Shown here piece after piece: positions 1-13,622 of a stretch of 64,000 nucleotides of DNA. Numbering within the stretch: position 1 is the first letter of the stretch; each line of letters begins with the position of its first letter. The translations under genes were made by a program, and so were the position numbers. This DNA comes from Eledone cirrhosa (lineage: Eukaryota), in the NCBI GenBank assembly GCA_964016885.1, contig OZ024758.1:27590001-27654000 (forward strand), written 5' to 3'. The notes under the pieces are model-generated. The model made no database searches and was not told the DNA's origin. It was given only the letters and a program-made list of their open reading frames with translations.

Positions 1-469
1 GAATCTACTGTACTCAGGCCTGGAGAGGGGATGGGTTCCTCCAGGTTTAAAAATGTCCTGAGAAACCCCTTATGTCACTATGGTGACCCCACAACTCCCT
101 CGAGTCCATATCATATCATAAGTAAATCTTAAATAATTCAAACAAATTTAGAACTAGAAAATTCATCCACAGAAGTCTAATCCTTTCAGAGTCTATATAT
201 TCCACTCTGTATATGTAGTCTCATAAATTAACATACACACGCAACGACAAGAGAGAAAATATGACAATTCAGTAAAAAGTAGTTTGTTCGTCAAATTATG
301 TTAAGTTTTCTGCCTGTAATTCAAACTCCAGTCTTGGCATACACTGTGTCATGCTGAATCTCCTCCAAAAATTGCATAAAGTGAACAAGTGTCTGTGGAA
401 TGCTCAGCTATTTAGACATTAATTTCATGAGCAATGATGATTTACATGTGCATAAGCATATGCACATTC

Positions 470-2928
470 CATGTGTCTAACACACGTGGGCATGCCCACA
501 AAGTCAGAAAACAGCACAGCTCCGATGACTATCGGAAATATTTTTTCACGCTCAATGTTGCTGAAGCATGGAACAAACTACCTGCATCGGTTGTTAGCTG
601 TCGAGACACTGCATCCTTTAAAACCTCCATGGAACAAACTACCTGCATCGGTTGTTAGCTGTCGAGACACTGCATCCTTTAAAACCTCCATGGAACAAAC
701 TACCTGCATCGGTTGTTAGCTGTCGAGACACTGCATCCTTTAAAACCTCCATGGAACAAACTACCTGCATCATTGTTAGCTGTTGAGACACTGCATCCTT
801 TAAAACCTCCATGGGACAAATTACCTGCATCGGTTGTTAGCTGTCGAGACACTGCATCCTTTAAAACCTCCATGGAACAAACTACCTGCATCGGTTGTTA
901 GCTGTCGAGACACTGCATCCTTTAAAACCTCCATGGAACAAACTACCTACATCAGTTATTAGCTGTCAGGACACTGCATCCTTTAAAACCTCCATGGAAC
1001 AAACCACCTGCATCAGTTGTTAGCTGTCGAGACACTGCATCCTTTAAAACCTCCATGGAACAAACTACCTGCATCGGTTGTTAGCTGTCGAGACACTGCA
1101 TCCTTTAAAACCTCCATGGAACAAACCACCTGCATCGGTTGTTAGCTGTCGAGACACTGCATCCTTTAAAACCTCCATGGAACAAACCACCTGCATCAGT
1201 TGTTAGCTGTCGAGACACTGCATCCTTTAAAACCTCCATGGAACAAACCACCAGCATCAGTTGTTAGCTGTCGAGACACTGCATCCTTTAAAACCTCCAT
1301 GGAACAAACTACCTGCATCAGTTGTTAGCTGTCGAGACACTGCATCCTTTAAAACCTCCATGGAACAAACTACCTGCATCGGTTGTTAGCTGTCGAGACA
1401 CTGCATCCTTTAAAACCTCCATGGAACAAACTACCAGCATTGGTTGTTAGCTGTCGAGACACTGCATCCTTTAAAACCTCCATGGAACAAACTACCAGCA
1501 TTGGTTGTTAGCTGTCGAGACACTGCATCCTTTAAAACCTCCATGGAACAAACCACCTGCATCGGTTGTTAGCTGTCGAGACACTGCATCCTTTAAAACC
1601 TCCATGGAACAAACCATGTGCATCAGTTATTAGCTGTCGAGACACTGCATCCTTTAAACCTCCATGGAACAAACTACCTGCATCGGTTGTTAGCTGTCGA
1701 GACACTGCATCCTTTAAAACCTCCATGGAACAAACTACCTGCATCGGTTGTTAACTGTCGAGACACTGCATCCTTTAAAACCTCCATGGAACAAACCACC
1801 TGCATCGGTTGTTAGCTGTCGAGACACTGCATCCTTTAAAACCTCCATTGGTTGTTAGCTGTCGAGACACTGCATCCTTTAAAACCTCCATGGAACAAAC
1901 TACCAGCATTGGTTGTTAGCTGTCGAGACACTGCATCCTTTAAAACCTCCATGGAACAAACTACCAGCATTGGTTGTTAGCTGTCGAGACACTGCATCCT
2001 TTAAAACCTCCATGGAACAAACTACCAGCATTGGTTGTTAGCTGTCGAGACACTGCATCCTTTAAAACCTCCATGGAACAAACCACCTGCATCAGTTATT
2101 AGCTGTCGAGACACTGCATCCTTTAAAACCTCCATGGAACAAACTCCCTGCATCAGTTGTTAGCTGTCGAGACACTGCATCCTTTAAAACCTCCATGGAA
2201 CAAACCACCTGCATCAGTTGTTAGCTGTCGAGACACTGCATCCTTTAAAACCTCCATGGAACAAACCACCTGCATCAGTTGTTAGCTGTCGAGACACTGC
2301 ATCCTTTAAAACCTCCATGGGACAAACCACCTGCATCGGTTGTTAGCTGTCAAGACACTGCATCCTTTAAAACCTCCATGGAACAAACCACCTGCATCGG
2401 TTGTTAGCTGTCGAGACACTGCATCCTTTAAAACCTCCATGGAACAAACCACCTGCATCAGTTATTAGCTGTCGAGACACTGCATCCTTTAAAACCTCCA
2501 TGGAACAAACCACCTGCATCAGTTATTAGCTGTCGAGAAACTGCATCCTTTAAAACCTCCATGGAACAAACTACCTGCATCGGTTATTAGCTGTCGAGAC
2601 ACTACATCCTTTAAAACCTCCATGGAACAAACCACCTGCATCAGTTGTTAGCTGTCAAGACACTGCATCCTTTAAAACCTCCATGGAACAAACTACCTGC
2701 ATCAGTTGTTAGCTGTCGAGACACTGCATCCTTTAAAACCTCCATGCTTCCTGAGATTTGCTAACACTACACCTGATATTCCCTCTCCATACACACGCAC
2801 ACATGTATATCAAGACTCATACACTATTCACTTCCCTGACATTTGTACATTATTCTATGTACTATACATGCACCTTTGACGAGTTGTAGTGCACCTGAGC
2901 ACTGTACACAATTTCATTATTATTATTA
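470..2928 (+). mobile_element. 3' end of CR1-like LINE containing an internal satellite expansion
   Basis: Translates as TRGHAHKVRKQH...RKYFFTLNVAEAWNKLPASVV...SFK, a CR1-type ORF2 C-terminus; 3' UTR ends in (TAT)n; the same UTR tail recurs near 59620-59697. Confidence 0.75.
567..2746. repeat. 61-bp minisatellite, about 36 copies
   Basis: Unit catggaacaaactacctgcatcggttgttagctgtcgagacactgcatcctttaaaacctc. Confidence 0.97.
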
Positions 2929-3029
2929 TACAAACACATCATAAATACATGAACATATTATATACAGAGTTTTCCATAAATATATGAACAGATTATATAC
3001 AGAGTTTTCCATAAACATGGACTACCATG

Positions 3030-4920
3030 TTGACCTTCACAGTAGATGTGTTATGTACTTGATGAGCAGTTTTGAGTGCAGTAAAGGATGTCAATGTTCA
3101 TTTGGAAGGAAGGGCTTAGTGAGTGTGTCTGTTTTCTCAGTTCCAATAATGTTGAGTGTGTTTCTTCTTCAACCCCCAACATTAGCAGTAAAGTCTTCCA
3201 GTTGATCTTCTTTAATGTGGCTGGCCTTTGAAATAATTCTTTTGATTACTGGCCAGGTGCTGACCATGAGAAAACTAGTTATAGAGGATCATTCAGCTAA
3301 GGTACAAGACATTACATGTTGCAATGATCCGAGTTGATATGTAGCGTAGATTCAATACTGATGATGTTGCTTTGATTGAGGATTTATATGGCAGAATTGT
3401 CTTGTCAGCAGAATAAAAAGGTTTTCTGGAAATATTGGATGCTAAAAACTTCTAGGGTGTTGATGTATCGGTTATATGTGGTCCAAGCTTTTCACCCATA
3501 CAAAAGGGTAGCAACACAGATTACCCAATAAATAAGGAACTTAATTTGAAGACTGAGGTGGTTATTTAGAAAGACTCCTTTTCTGAGCCTACCCAAGTAT
3601 ACAGAGGTTGTCTAGAGAGGTGTCAAGTTTCTATGCCCAGTATTCAGTTCTAGAAGCAGCTGCCTTGGAATCTGAAGTCTCTGACTTTGTTGCTGTTACA
3701 CTGAAAGAGATGGGAAGATGGTCCAATGTGCCATTGATAAATAAAATTTGTCTTCTGGATTTAACTGTCAGGTCCATTCTTTCATAAGCTGTAACAGTGG
3801 TCATGATAAGAGATTGTGGGGTTTATGGTGATGAGCTAACAGAGATCAATCACAAGCTTGCTTCAGCTCAATGATCTGCTCAGATTTGAGCCTCCAAATG
3901 TTGAATTTTCAATGGAGTCAGAAGTTAATAGTGTCATTTGAACACCCTTTCGATATTTCTGTGTAACATGTGGCTGCACAGATGAGGAAGATGGTTGGCA
4001 ATAACGTGATTCACCATTTTTATTACAGAATTACTGCAGGGGGTTCAAAACGGACAGTCAACAATATTTTCTGAGAACATCTCAAAGAAGTTCTCCGTGG
4101 TGTCAAAAGGCTTTGACAGATTACAGAGTGTTTCCAGCATCCCCTTTGAAGCTACATCACAAATATGTTAACTGTGCCTCTGATTTTACATAAACCATGC
4201 TTTATTATCTAATATTGATTGAACTAGTCTTTTTAGCATAAAATTGGTTAATTCTTTCCCAATGGAAGACAGAAGTGACGTCCCCTACATTTAGGTCAGA
4301 TAGATTTGCTTCCCTTGCTCTCGATAGTGCTGTGTGCATCTTTTCAGAGTTCAGACTCCTGAATACTTGCTTCTTGTGTATCAATATGGTGTACTTGTGA
4401 AAAATTAACTACTGTCCTTCGTAACTACTGAATCCACTGGTTTAGACTGGTTTAGCACCTGGCTGGTGTATTTATTTTCCCCTTTAGCACTTATTTCTAA
4501 CAAGCCTTTGTCTGCTGATTTGATTGAAGCTCCTGTAGTGAAAGAGAAGCTTTATTACACCATATAATTAGTATGTACCATTCCTGCCTGCATGCAACTG
4601 ACCATTAGCAATCCACAATTCATTTTTCAGAGTTTGAAAAGTAGATTGAAATTCATTCTGAAAAACCTGCAGCTTTTGTTTTGGAGTTTGAGTAAAAATT
4701 GTTCTGGATTGCTCTGTGGGTTATGTGCATGTTATCATGGAGTTCTTTTTGTTAAAGAGAGAGATCATCATCTATACAGGCTTATGAAGTAATGAGAGCC
4801 TCTGAAGTTTTTCAGTGTAATAAATACAGAGTAATAAGAGTCATTACAAATATCATGGCTGCTGAGTTTGTAACATAATTGAAGGAGAAGATGGTCGTCA
4901 ACTGAATTTCAATGGACCAC
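3030..4920 (-). mobile_element. Old degenerate RTE-like LINE (RT region)
   Basis: Fragmentary minus-strand peptides resembling RTE ORF2, with many stops and frameshifts. Confidence 0.55.
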
Positions 4921-5159
4921 CACAGACAACACCCGCACATATGTGCAAATACACATGCACACACATACATTCAGTCTACTTTTGAACTTGGGTTTTACTA
5001 CATGCCATACGGCTAGCAGATTGTAAAAAGTGGTAATGTAAAATTATATAAATATAAGTAAGATTATATAAATATATATAAATGAATTTGTTTTGCAAGG
5101 TTTTTGATATGAAATCGTGCGTTGAAACAAATATTGTTATATGGCGTCCTATATAAATA

Positions 5160-5393
5160 TAAAAAAAAAAAAAAAGAACGATCGACTTTCGTCAAATCGG
5201 GCCGAGGGAACAATGTTTCCGTTGGTCTTTCCAATTGCTAATACTGTCTATCGGTTGCAACTCCAGGTAGAAGGAGCAACGTGAAATAAAGTGTCTTGCT
5301 CAAGGACATAATGCATCACCTGGTCCAGGAATCGAACTCACAACCTTACGATTGCGAATCCAATTCCCTAACCACTCAGCCACACGCCTTCAC
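5160..5393 (-). mobile_element. tRNA-derived SINE (family A head, alternative tail); related copy at 26223-26470 (+)
   Basis: A/B boxes (tggctgagtgg, gttcgattcc) and the ccttgagcaagacacttta core. Confidence 0.75.
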
Positions 5394-5602
5394 TATATAA
5401 ATATATGGAGAGATATTTATATCTATATTTTTAACTGTTGGTCAATCAATGATTGCCAGCTAAATTAATTAAAGAAATATAAAATATACGAAGCGAAAAC
5501 CAACCCCAAACCAACAGTGAGTGTGTTTTATTATATATTTCTAGGAATATTATAACAACATGACCCTCCCCAAATATAACAATATTTGTAAAATTATAAA
5601 TA

Positions 5603-6263
5603 CTAGCAGTGGTACCCGGCGTTGCACGGGATAAGGTATTTTGGAACGTGGGCCACCAACAGACCTAATCGTGGAAAAACTGCATGCCTGGACAATATGT
5701 AAAGAAAATAAACCAAATACTCTGATGGCTGGATAATCTTTAAGATTTTCCTCGATGAAGCAGGAAAAATGCAGGTTTTCACCTAATGCGGGCCCTAGGC
5801 GATCAAGAAAATGTATTTTTTTTATGTGCATAATATGCCTTGAAATTTCAGGAAAAATTGACTAGACGTAACGCCTCAAAAAAATCCTAAAAAGCTGAAA
5901 AAAATGAAGTTTTTCGCCTAATGTGGGCCCCAGGCCATAAAAAAGTTGAATTTTCTTTGCTCACGGTATGGAGAAGAGACTGACTAATACATAGTTACAA
6001 TTTCAAGGAAATCGGTCTGATGTAATGCCTCAAAAAACCCCTAAAAAGCTGGGGGAAAACGCAGTTTTTCACCTAATGCAGGCCCTAGGGGATCAAAAAG
6101 TTGAATTTTACATAACTGTGCATAATACTCGCTGAAACAAAGGTAATACACATGTAAAGTTTGAAAAAAATCGGTTGGGTACTTCTCGAGTTTTAGGGAT
6201 TCAAACTCACAGACACACAGACACACACACAGACAGACATCCTCAGTTTTATATATATATAGA
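5603..6263 (-). mobile_element. Non-autonomous Helitron
   Basis: On the minus strand A|TCTATATA... start, subterminal CCCGTGCAACGCCGGG hairpin, CTAG|T end; ends shared with the copy at 26720-27327. Confidence 0.85.
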
Positions 6264-6311
6264 TACGTAAGATTATATAAATGTATGTAAAATTATATAT
6301 GAAGGTAACTA

Positions 6312-6539
<228 letters not shown>

Positions 6540-6675
6540 TTATATGATTTTGTACATTTTAAAAATTCTAATACAGTTTATTAACTCTTTTGATAATAAA
6601 CAGATTGAAACTACCCCTGGTTCTAGAATACAAAAATGTTTATTTTAACTGGTATATTGGAGGCACATGGCTGAT

Positions 6676-7026
6676 GGAGGCACATGGCTTAGTGGTTAGA
6701 GCATTGGCCTTGCAATTGAAAGGTTGTGAGTTCAATTCTCAGACCGGGTGATGTGTTGTTTCCTTGAGCAAGACACTTTATTTCACATTGCTCCAGTTTA
6801 CTCAGCTGTAGAAATGAGATGATAGGGACTGGGGTCCCTATCATTCCACTGCAAAGTGGTCGTGGAGGTGCCACGGCAAAAAAGCACCCAACACTCACTG
6901 TAAATGAGGTTGGTGTTAGGAAGGGCATCCAGCTGTAGAAATCAAGCCAGAATCAGTTCCCGTCCCACCCTTGCAAGCAGGGAAAAAGCGGACGTAAAAT
7001 GAAATGATGATGATGATGATGATGAT
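6676..7026 (+). mobile_element. tRNA-derived SINE family A with RTE-type tail
   Basis: ggaggcacatggcttagtgg A box, gttcaattc B box, (GAT)n tail; about 11 copies in window. Confidence 0.88.
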
Positions 7027-7500
7027 ATTAGTGTGACACACCTGTTTAGGATATCTGTACGAAACAAGGGTACAACCAAAGTATTCACCCGGTGTAATTC
7101 TGAACTACCAACAAGATATAAAAATGAGAGACTCGGTCCACACACTCTACCTGACAGTTCACTTCAGTTATTATTTATAGATATTTCACCTAGTCCACTT
7201 TTAGTTACGCAGGGGGTGTCCAGGGTTTTTTCCTTACAACATTAACATTTCGACACCACCCTGTCCCCAAATCTTTCAATATAATTTTATAGTGGAAAAA
7301 TGGACGTTAAACGATGATGATGATAGTGTGTTAAGTTATCCTACAAATATCATCTTAATATTGAAATAATTCATAATTTAAGTAAATCCCTCCAAATTCT
7401 TCATTGATTGGCTGAAATACAAAATATTTCTTTAGAAATATGATCAAGAAAAGGGTTATTTGTTTATATTTATCTAAAAACCTTCAATCATAATTCTAAG

Positions 7501-7931
7501 AACATGGCTTTGTGGTTAGAGCTTGCAATTGAAAGGTTGTGAGTTCAATTCTTGGACTGGGTGATGTGTTGTTTCCTTGAGCAAGATACTTTATTTCACA
7601 TTGCTCCAGTTTACTCAGCTGTAGAAATGAGATGATAGGACTGGGGTCCCTATCATTCCACTGCAAAGTGGTCATGGAGGTGCCACAGCAAAAAAGCATC
7701 CAGCCCACACTGTAAAGTGGACGTGGAGGTGCCATGGCAAAAAAGCACCCAGCACTCACAGTAAATGAGGTTGATGTTAGGAATCAGCTGTAGAAATCAA
7801 GCCAGAATCAGTTCCTGTATGAACAAGACAAGGTCAGCCAACCGGACACTGCCCACAACAGGACAATCCGTCTAACCCATGCTAGCGTGGAAGAATGGAC
7901 GTAAAACGGTGATGATGATGATGATGATGAT
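7501..7931 (+). mobile_element. SINE family A (long LINE-like tail variant)
   Basis: Same head and body as 6676-7026; tail matches the RTE 3' UTR at 22540-22794. Confidence 0.85.
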
Positions 7932-8396
7932 AGCTTGATAATGAGAAAGTTATAATACTAAATCATTCCAAATGATTGATTATTTTCAAAATTATTTGAA
8001 CATGAAGACAGTGAAATTCATCATTAATATGGTAACAAAAGGGTTAAATTTACTGCTTTAAAACTTTCTTGTAACCCCAATTCTTCTATAGGGTACTTAA
8101 TATTTACTTCCTTTCTATATTTCAAGCACAACTAGTAAGCCAATACTGACTAAATTTTAGCCAAGGGATTACTTTTTTTTAAATTACAATATTTGAAGTT
8201 TCTTTTTCAAGTAAAACACAGAACTACTACAGCTTTGAGATATTTGAATTACTTTATATACTTGAATATGTGAAAATGGATGGTTGGCTTATATACGACA
8301 TCTAAATAATGTGTTGATTAGCTGCCTCAACTTATAAATGGAGTTTTCATTTTGGCCCATTTCTCAGACATAAAATAAGAGGGTTTAGCTTATATT

Positions 8397-8662
8397 GCAC
8401 GTCCAACACCAGATTAAGATCTGGTGTTGGATGTACAAAAGTCACTCTTGCAATATGGGGATATTTAAAGGATGGAGATGTGTGTGTGACTGCAACATCG
8501 AACCATTGACTATGGAGCACTTCCTGATATGCCCTCTGCTGGAATCCCTGCATTGGACTTGGCAGAGTTTAATGAGAAAGGACAGCAATGTGTTCAGCTG
8601 TGGCGGAACCACATCTAGCCAAGCTTTGTAACTGACACTCTTGTGGAGATGACAAGAAGATA
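8397..8662 (+). mobile_element. 3' fragment of I-group (Vingi-like) LINE inserted in a pogo-like MITE
   Basis: RLRSGVG...WGY...CDCNIEPLTMEHFLICP zinc-knuckle peptide; flanking direct repeat AGCTTATATT. Confidence 0.55.
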
Positions 8663-9010
8663 AGCTTATATTCAGACCAACTTATATTCAAGTATATAAG
8701 GTATTAAAAACTAGATCATTTGAAATTGTATGCTCCCATAAGCATCAAAACCAGATTTCTGCAATTAATGCACAAAACAAACAGCTTTGTCAGGCAGCAG
8801 ATCACCAAATATACTGGCAGGTGAGAACCACATGTTGCAGCAGTAACAAGATGGATGCTTGGTACAGCCATACTTTCCACCACAGCTCTCCTGTCCAAAA
8901 CCATTCTCCAGATTACATTTGAAGGAAAGCAAAGAAAAGGCTGACAAAGACAATCTTGGTCTGACAACATCAAGGAGTGGACAGGTAACAACAGTGTGAT
9001 GCTTCTGCAA

Positions 9011-9170
9011 ATAATGGTTTCTGATTTAGGCACAAGGACAACAATTTTGGGAGAGGGGTAGTCAATTAAATCGACTCCAGTATGTTACTGGTACTTTATT
9101 TTATCGACCCCGTAAGGATGAAAGGCAAAGTTAACCTCAGCGGGATTTGAACTCAGAACCTAAAGGGCTG
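9011..9170 (-). mobile_element. SINE family B
   Basis: gagttcaaatcccg B box and ctttgcctttcatcct core on the minus strand. Confidence 0.75.
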
Positions 9171-9379
9171 AGAGAAAAGGCCTAAAGTGGTACAACAACA
9201 ACAACAATGCCACCACTGCTGACGATGCCGAGGGGGAGGAGGAGGAAGACTTAAAACAATATATATTTTTCCCTGCTGATATTTCTAATTACAGAATACT
9301 ACTTCCTCGGCAATCATCTTGATTTATTAATCAATGTAAAGTACATATCTAAGAAACAATACATACTATTATAGGGAAG

Positions 9380-9600
9380 AGAAAAGGATGAGAAAAATGA
9401 AAATGAAAAGGAGACAAAGAAAAGAAGGATCAAGCAACGAAAGAAAACGGAAAGGAGGAGGGGACAGTCACTGCACCCCAGTCTGAGCAGTGCCTCAGCC
9501 GTGTCCCATGGACAAAAGTGTTACTGTGGAGAATGGCCAGAGACACCCGCTACACCAACCACCCCACCTCACAGGGCTCCCTCCCTCCTCAAGCAGCTGG
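9380..9600 (-). mobile_element. CRE/NeSL-like (restriction-like endonuclease) LINE 3' fragment
   Basis: Reverse complement matches 54990-55130, whose translation is EPREVGWLLQRVSLSIVHR. Confidence 0.5.
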
Positions 9601-9631
9601 TTAAAGACAAGGTTATAAAAAAGTTATTTAC

Positions 9632-9701
9632 TTCCTGTGCTACTTCTTCATCGGGACGTCCATTGCTGTCTTTCAGTTCTACGTAGGGTTTCTCATGAAC
9701 A
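9632..9701 (-). CDS. USP32: USP32 exon (VHEKPYVELKDSNGRPDEEVAQE)
   Basis: 70 nt, tttcag acceptor, GTAAAT donor. Confidence 0.95.
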
Positions 9702-9861
9702 CTGAAATAATATTAAAGTCTTCATTAAATTTATATTCCCCATGCCAGCGTGGAAGATGGACATTAAATGAAGATGGTGATGATGATTCTAAAATATATT
9801 GATTTGAATTATTTTTTATTTGCTTCATTTCTATTTGCATTTCAATAAGTAAATCATTTAA

Positions 9862-10041
9862 CCCTTTAGTATTTAAACCAGCCAGAATTCTTTCACCTCT
9901 TTCTGTTCAAACCAGCCATAATCGGCCACTCATACTGACTTTAAGGTGATATCAAAATCTCATAGATTCAATATTATGTGAGGTAAAGCCTTTACTGTGA
10001 AATTCCAAAAGCAAATATAAAGTAATGTAAATGCTAAAGGG
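9862..10041. mobile_element. piggyBac-like MITE
   Basis: TTAA|CCCTTTAGTATTT ... AAATGCTAAAGGG|TTAA: terminal inverted repeats with TTAA TSD. Confidence 0.85.
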
Positions 10042-10244
10042 TTAATTATGAAGAGATAAAGAATAAAGCTTCTTCACACAATATTGGGAATTACAAAGAA
10101 AAATACAAGACTTGAACTAGATGCATCTATGGAAGTATGGAAATTTAAGTATAGACTTTTTTAAATATCTGTCTATTGAGGTCTTCGTAAATATATAACT
10201 TAACTGTTAACATCCTATAATAATTAAGCAAAATATATTTTTAA

Positions 10245-10465
10245 CCATTTAGCATTTAAACCAGCTATATCCAGCCAGAATTCTCTTAGCTTTTTCTGTT
10301 CAAACTGGCTGTAACCAGCTGCTCATACTTATGTTAAGGTATTGTTCTCAAAATAAATAATATCAAAATCTTGTATATTCAATATTATGTGAGATAATTA
10401 TATGAAATAAAGTGATTACCGTGAAAATACAATAGTAAATATAGAGTAGTGTAAATACTAAAGGG
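10245..10465. mobile_element. piggyBac-like MITE (second copy)
   Basis: TTAA-flanked, same TIRs and body as 9862-10041. Confidence 0.82.
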
Positions 10466-10814
10466 TTAAATGGGTTTGTTAATTTAATGTTTGTAGTATA
10501 TTTACTAGTTGAGAGATTGTTCTGAAAAATTGTAGTATTAGAGTAAAGAGTATAATTTTTAATGTGATGTAGTCATGGTGCTGTTTTATACTTTTCAAGA
10601 ATGAAGTTTCATACAGTACAGGATGTTAAGGTACAAATTTAATAGAATACATTTGATGAATGCAATATTTAAATGAAAAAAACCCAACAGAAATAAATTT
10701 CTATCACATAATGAAATCCATTTTCTGTTTATAACAAACATTAGAGCAAACAAGAAATACTTCAGCGTCATGTTTGTTTCTCTAAAATATTGTCTTCATA
10801 CCATTTAAAGTTAT

Positions 10815-12990
10815 CCAGTCCACACTGTAAAGTGGTCATCTTGGTGTTATGGTAAAAAGCACCTAGTCCACACTGTAAAGTGGTCATCTTGGTGTTATGG
10901 TAAAAAGCACCTAGTCCACACTGTAAAGTGGTCATCTTGGTGTTATGGTAAAAAGCACCTAGTCCACACTGTAAAGTGGTCATCTTGGTGTCAAGGTAAA
11001 AAGCACCTAGTCCACACTGTAAAGTGGTCATCTTGGTGTTATGGTAAAAAGCACCTAGTCCACACTGTAAAGTGGTCATCTTGGTGTTATGGTAAAAAGC
11101 ACCTAGTCCACACTGTAAAGTGGTCATCTTGGTGTTATGGTAAAAAGCACCTAGTCCACACTGTAAAGTGGTCATCTTGGTGTCAAGGTAAAAAGCACCT
11201 AGTCCACACTGTAAAGTGGTCATCTTGGTGTTATGGTAAAAAGCACCTAGTCCACACTGTAAAGTGGTCATCTTGGTGTTATGGTAAAAAGCACCTAGTC
11301 CACACTGTAAAGTGGTCATCTTGGTGTCAAAGTAAAAAGCACCTAGTCCACACTGTAAAGTGGTCATCTTGGTGTTATGGTAAAAAGCACCTAGTCCACA
11401 CTGTAAAGTGGTCATCTTGGTGTTATGGTAAAAAGCACCTAGTCCACACTGTAAAGTGGTCATCTTGGTGTCAAGGTAAAAAGCACCTAGTCCACACTGT
11501 AAAGTGGTCATCTTGGTGTTATGGTAAAAAGCATCTAGTCCACACTGTAAAGTGGTCATCTTGGTGTTATGGTAAAAAGCACCTAGTCCACACTGTAAAG
11601 TGGTCATCTTGGTGTTATGGTAAAAAGCACCTAGTCCACACTGTAAAGTGGTTGTCTTGGTGTCATGGTAAAAAGCATCCAGTCCACACTGTAAAGTGGT
11701 CATCTTGGTGTTATGGTAAAAAGCACCTAGTCCACACTGTAAAGTGGTCATCTTGGTGTTATGGTAAAAAGCACCTAGTCCACACTGTAAAGTGGTCATC
11801 TTGGTGTTATGGTAAAAAGCACCTAGTCCACACTGTAAAGTGGTCATCTTGGTGTTATGGTAAAAAGCACCTAGTCCACACTGTAAAGTGGTCATCTTGG
11901 TGTTATGGTAAAAAGCACCTAGTCCACACTGTAAAGTGGTCATCTTGGTGTTATGGTAAAAAGCATCTAGTCCACACTGTAAAGTGGTCATCTTGGTGTT
12001 ATGGTAAAAAGCACCTAGTCCACACTGTAAAGTGGTCATCTTGGTGTTATGGTAAAAAGCACCTAGTCCACACTGTAAAGTGGTCATCTTGGTGTTATGG
12101 TAAAAAGCACCTAGTCCACACTGTAAAGTGGTCATCTTGGTGTTATGGTAAAAAGCACCTAGTCCACACTGTAAAGTGGTCATCTTGGTGTTATGGTAAA
12201 AAGCACCTAGTCCACACTGTAAAGTGGTCATCTTGGTGTTATGGTAAAAAGCACCTAGTCCACACTGTAAAGTGGTCATCTTGGTGTTATGGTAAAAAGC
12301 ACCTAGTCCACACTGTAAAGTGGTCATCTTGGTGTTATGGTAAAAAGCACCTAGTCCACACTGTAAAGTGGTCATCTTGGTGTTATGGTAAAAAGCACCT
12401 AGTCCACACTGTAAAGTGGTTGTCTTGGTGTCATGGTAAAAAGCACCTAGTCCACACTGTAAAGTGGTCATCTTGGTGTTATGGTAAAAAGCACCTAGTC
12501 CACACTGTAAAGTGGTTGTCTTGGTGTCATGGTAAAAAGCATCCAGTCCACACTGTAAAGTGGTCGTCTTGGTGTTATGGTAAAAAGCACCTAGTCCACA
12601 CTGTAAAGTGGTCATCTTGGTGTTATGGTAAAAAGCACCTAGTCCACACTGTAAAGTGGTCATCTTGGTGTTATGGTAAAAAGCACCTAGTCCACACTGT
12701 AAAGTGGTCATCTTGGTGTTATGGTAAAAAGAACCTAGTCCACACTGTAAAGTGGTCATCTTGGTGTTATGGTAAAAAGCACCTAGTCCACACTGTAAAG
12801 TGGTTGTCTTGGTGTCATGGTAAAAAGCACCTAGTCCACACTGTAAAGTGGTCATCTTGGTGTTATGGTAAAAAGCACCTAGTCCACACTGTAAAGTGGT
12901 TGTCTTGGTGTCATGGTAAAAAGCATCCAGTCCACACTGTAAAGTGGTCGTCTTGGTGCCATGATAAAAAGCACCCAGTCCACACTGTAA
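10815..12990. repeat. 48-bp minisatellite, about 45 copies, from the RTE/SINE tail module
   Basis: Unit agtccacactgtaaagtggtcatcttggtgttatggtaaaaagcacct; continues into the normal RTE tail at 12990-13153. Confidence 0.97.
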
Positions 12991-13324
12991 ATGTTGTTGG
13001 CATTAGGAAGGGCATCCAGCCATAGAAACCAAGCCAGAAGCAGTTCTGTATGAGCAAGGCACGGTCACCTGACCTGGCTTGTCTCATAACAGGACAACTT
13101 GTCTAACCCATGCTAGTGTGGAAAAATGGATGTTAAACGGTGATGATAATGATGGTTTGCACCCTTAATTCAACATATCAATAACTCTTTGTCTCCAAGA
13201 CAAGGAATCCTTCAGTAGATTTTAAATACAATCATTATAAGAAATAATATAAACCACAACATACTCATGACATGAAAAACGTTCGTTCAAAGGCAAAATA
13301 AATAGTTATAAAAAAAATAAATTA

Positions 13325-13468
<144 letters not shown>

Positions 13469-13622
13469 CTAATTTAAAATGTATGTACATATGTATATAT
13501 ATTTGTATATATGACAAGTAAGTATGTTTTTGAAACAGTGAGTAGGTTTGAAATTAGAAATAGAATAGCTTTCACCGTATTTTAGACTAAAGAAATTTTA
13601 GTCTGATAATGGGGTTTAGAAC

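Noticed and set aside
567-2746. CRISPR-like array
   Set aside because: Units are head-to-tail with no unique spacers, no cas genes, eukaryotic intron context; the unit derives from a CR1 LINE
6676-6750. tRNA genes
   Set aside because: A/B boxes belong to multi-copy SINE heads continuing into core and LINE-derived tails; no complete cloverleaf evident
10768-13025. 695-aa and 457-aa repeat-protein ORFs
   Set aside because: The 48-bp unit is a multiple of 3, so stop-free frames are automatic; sequence is retroposon tail inside an intron
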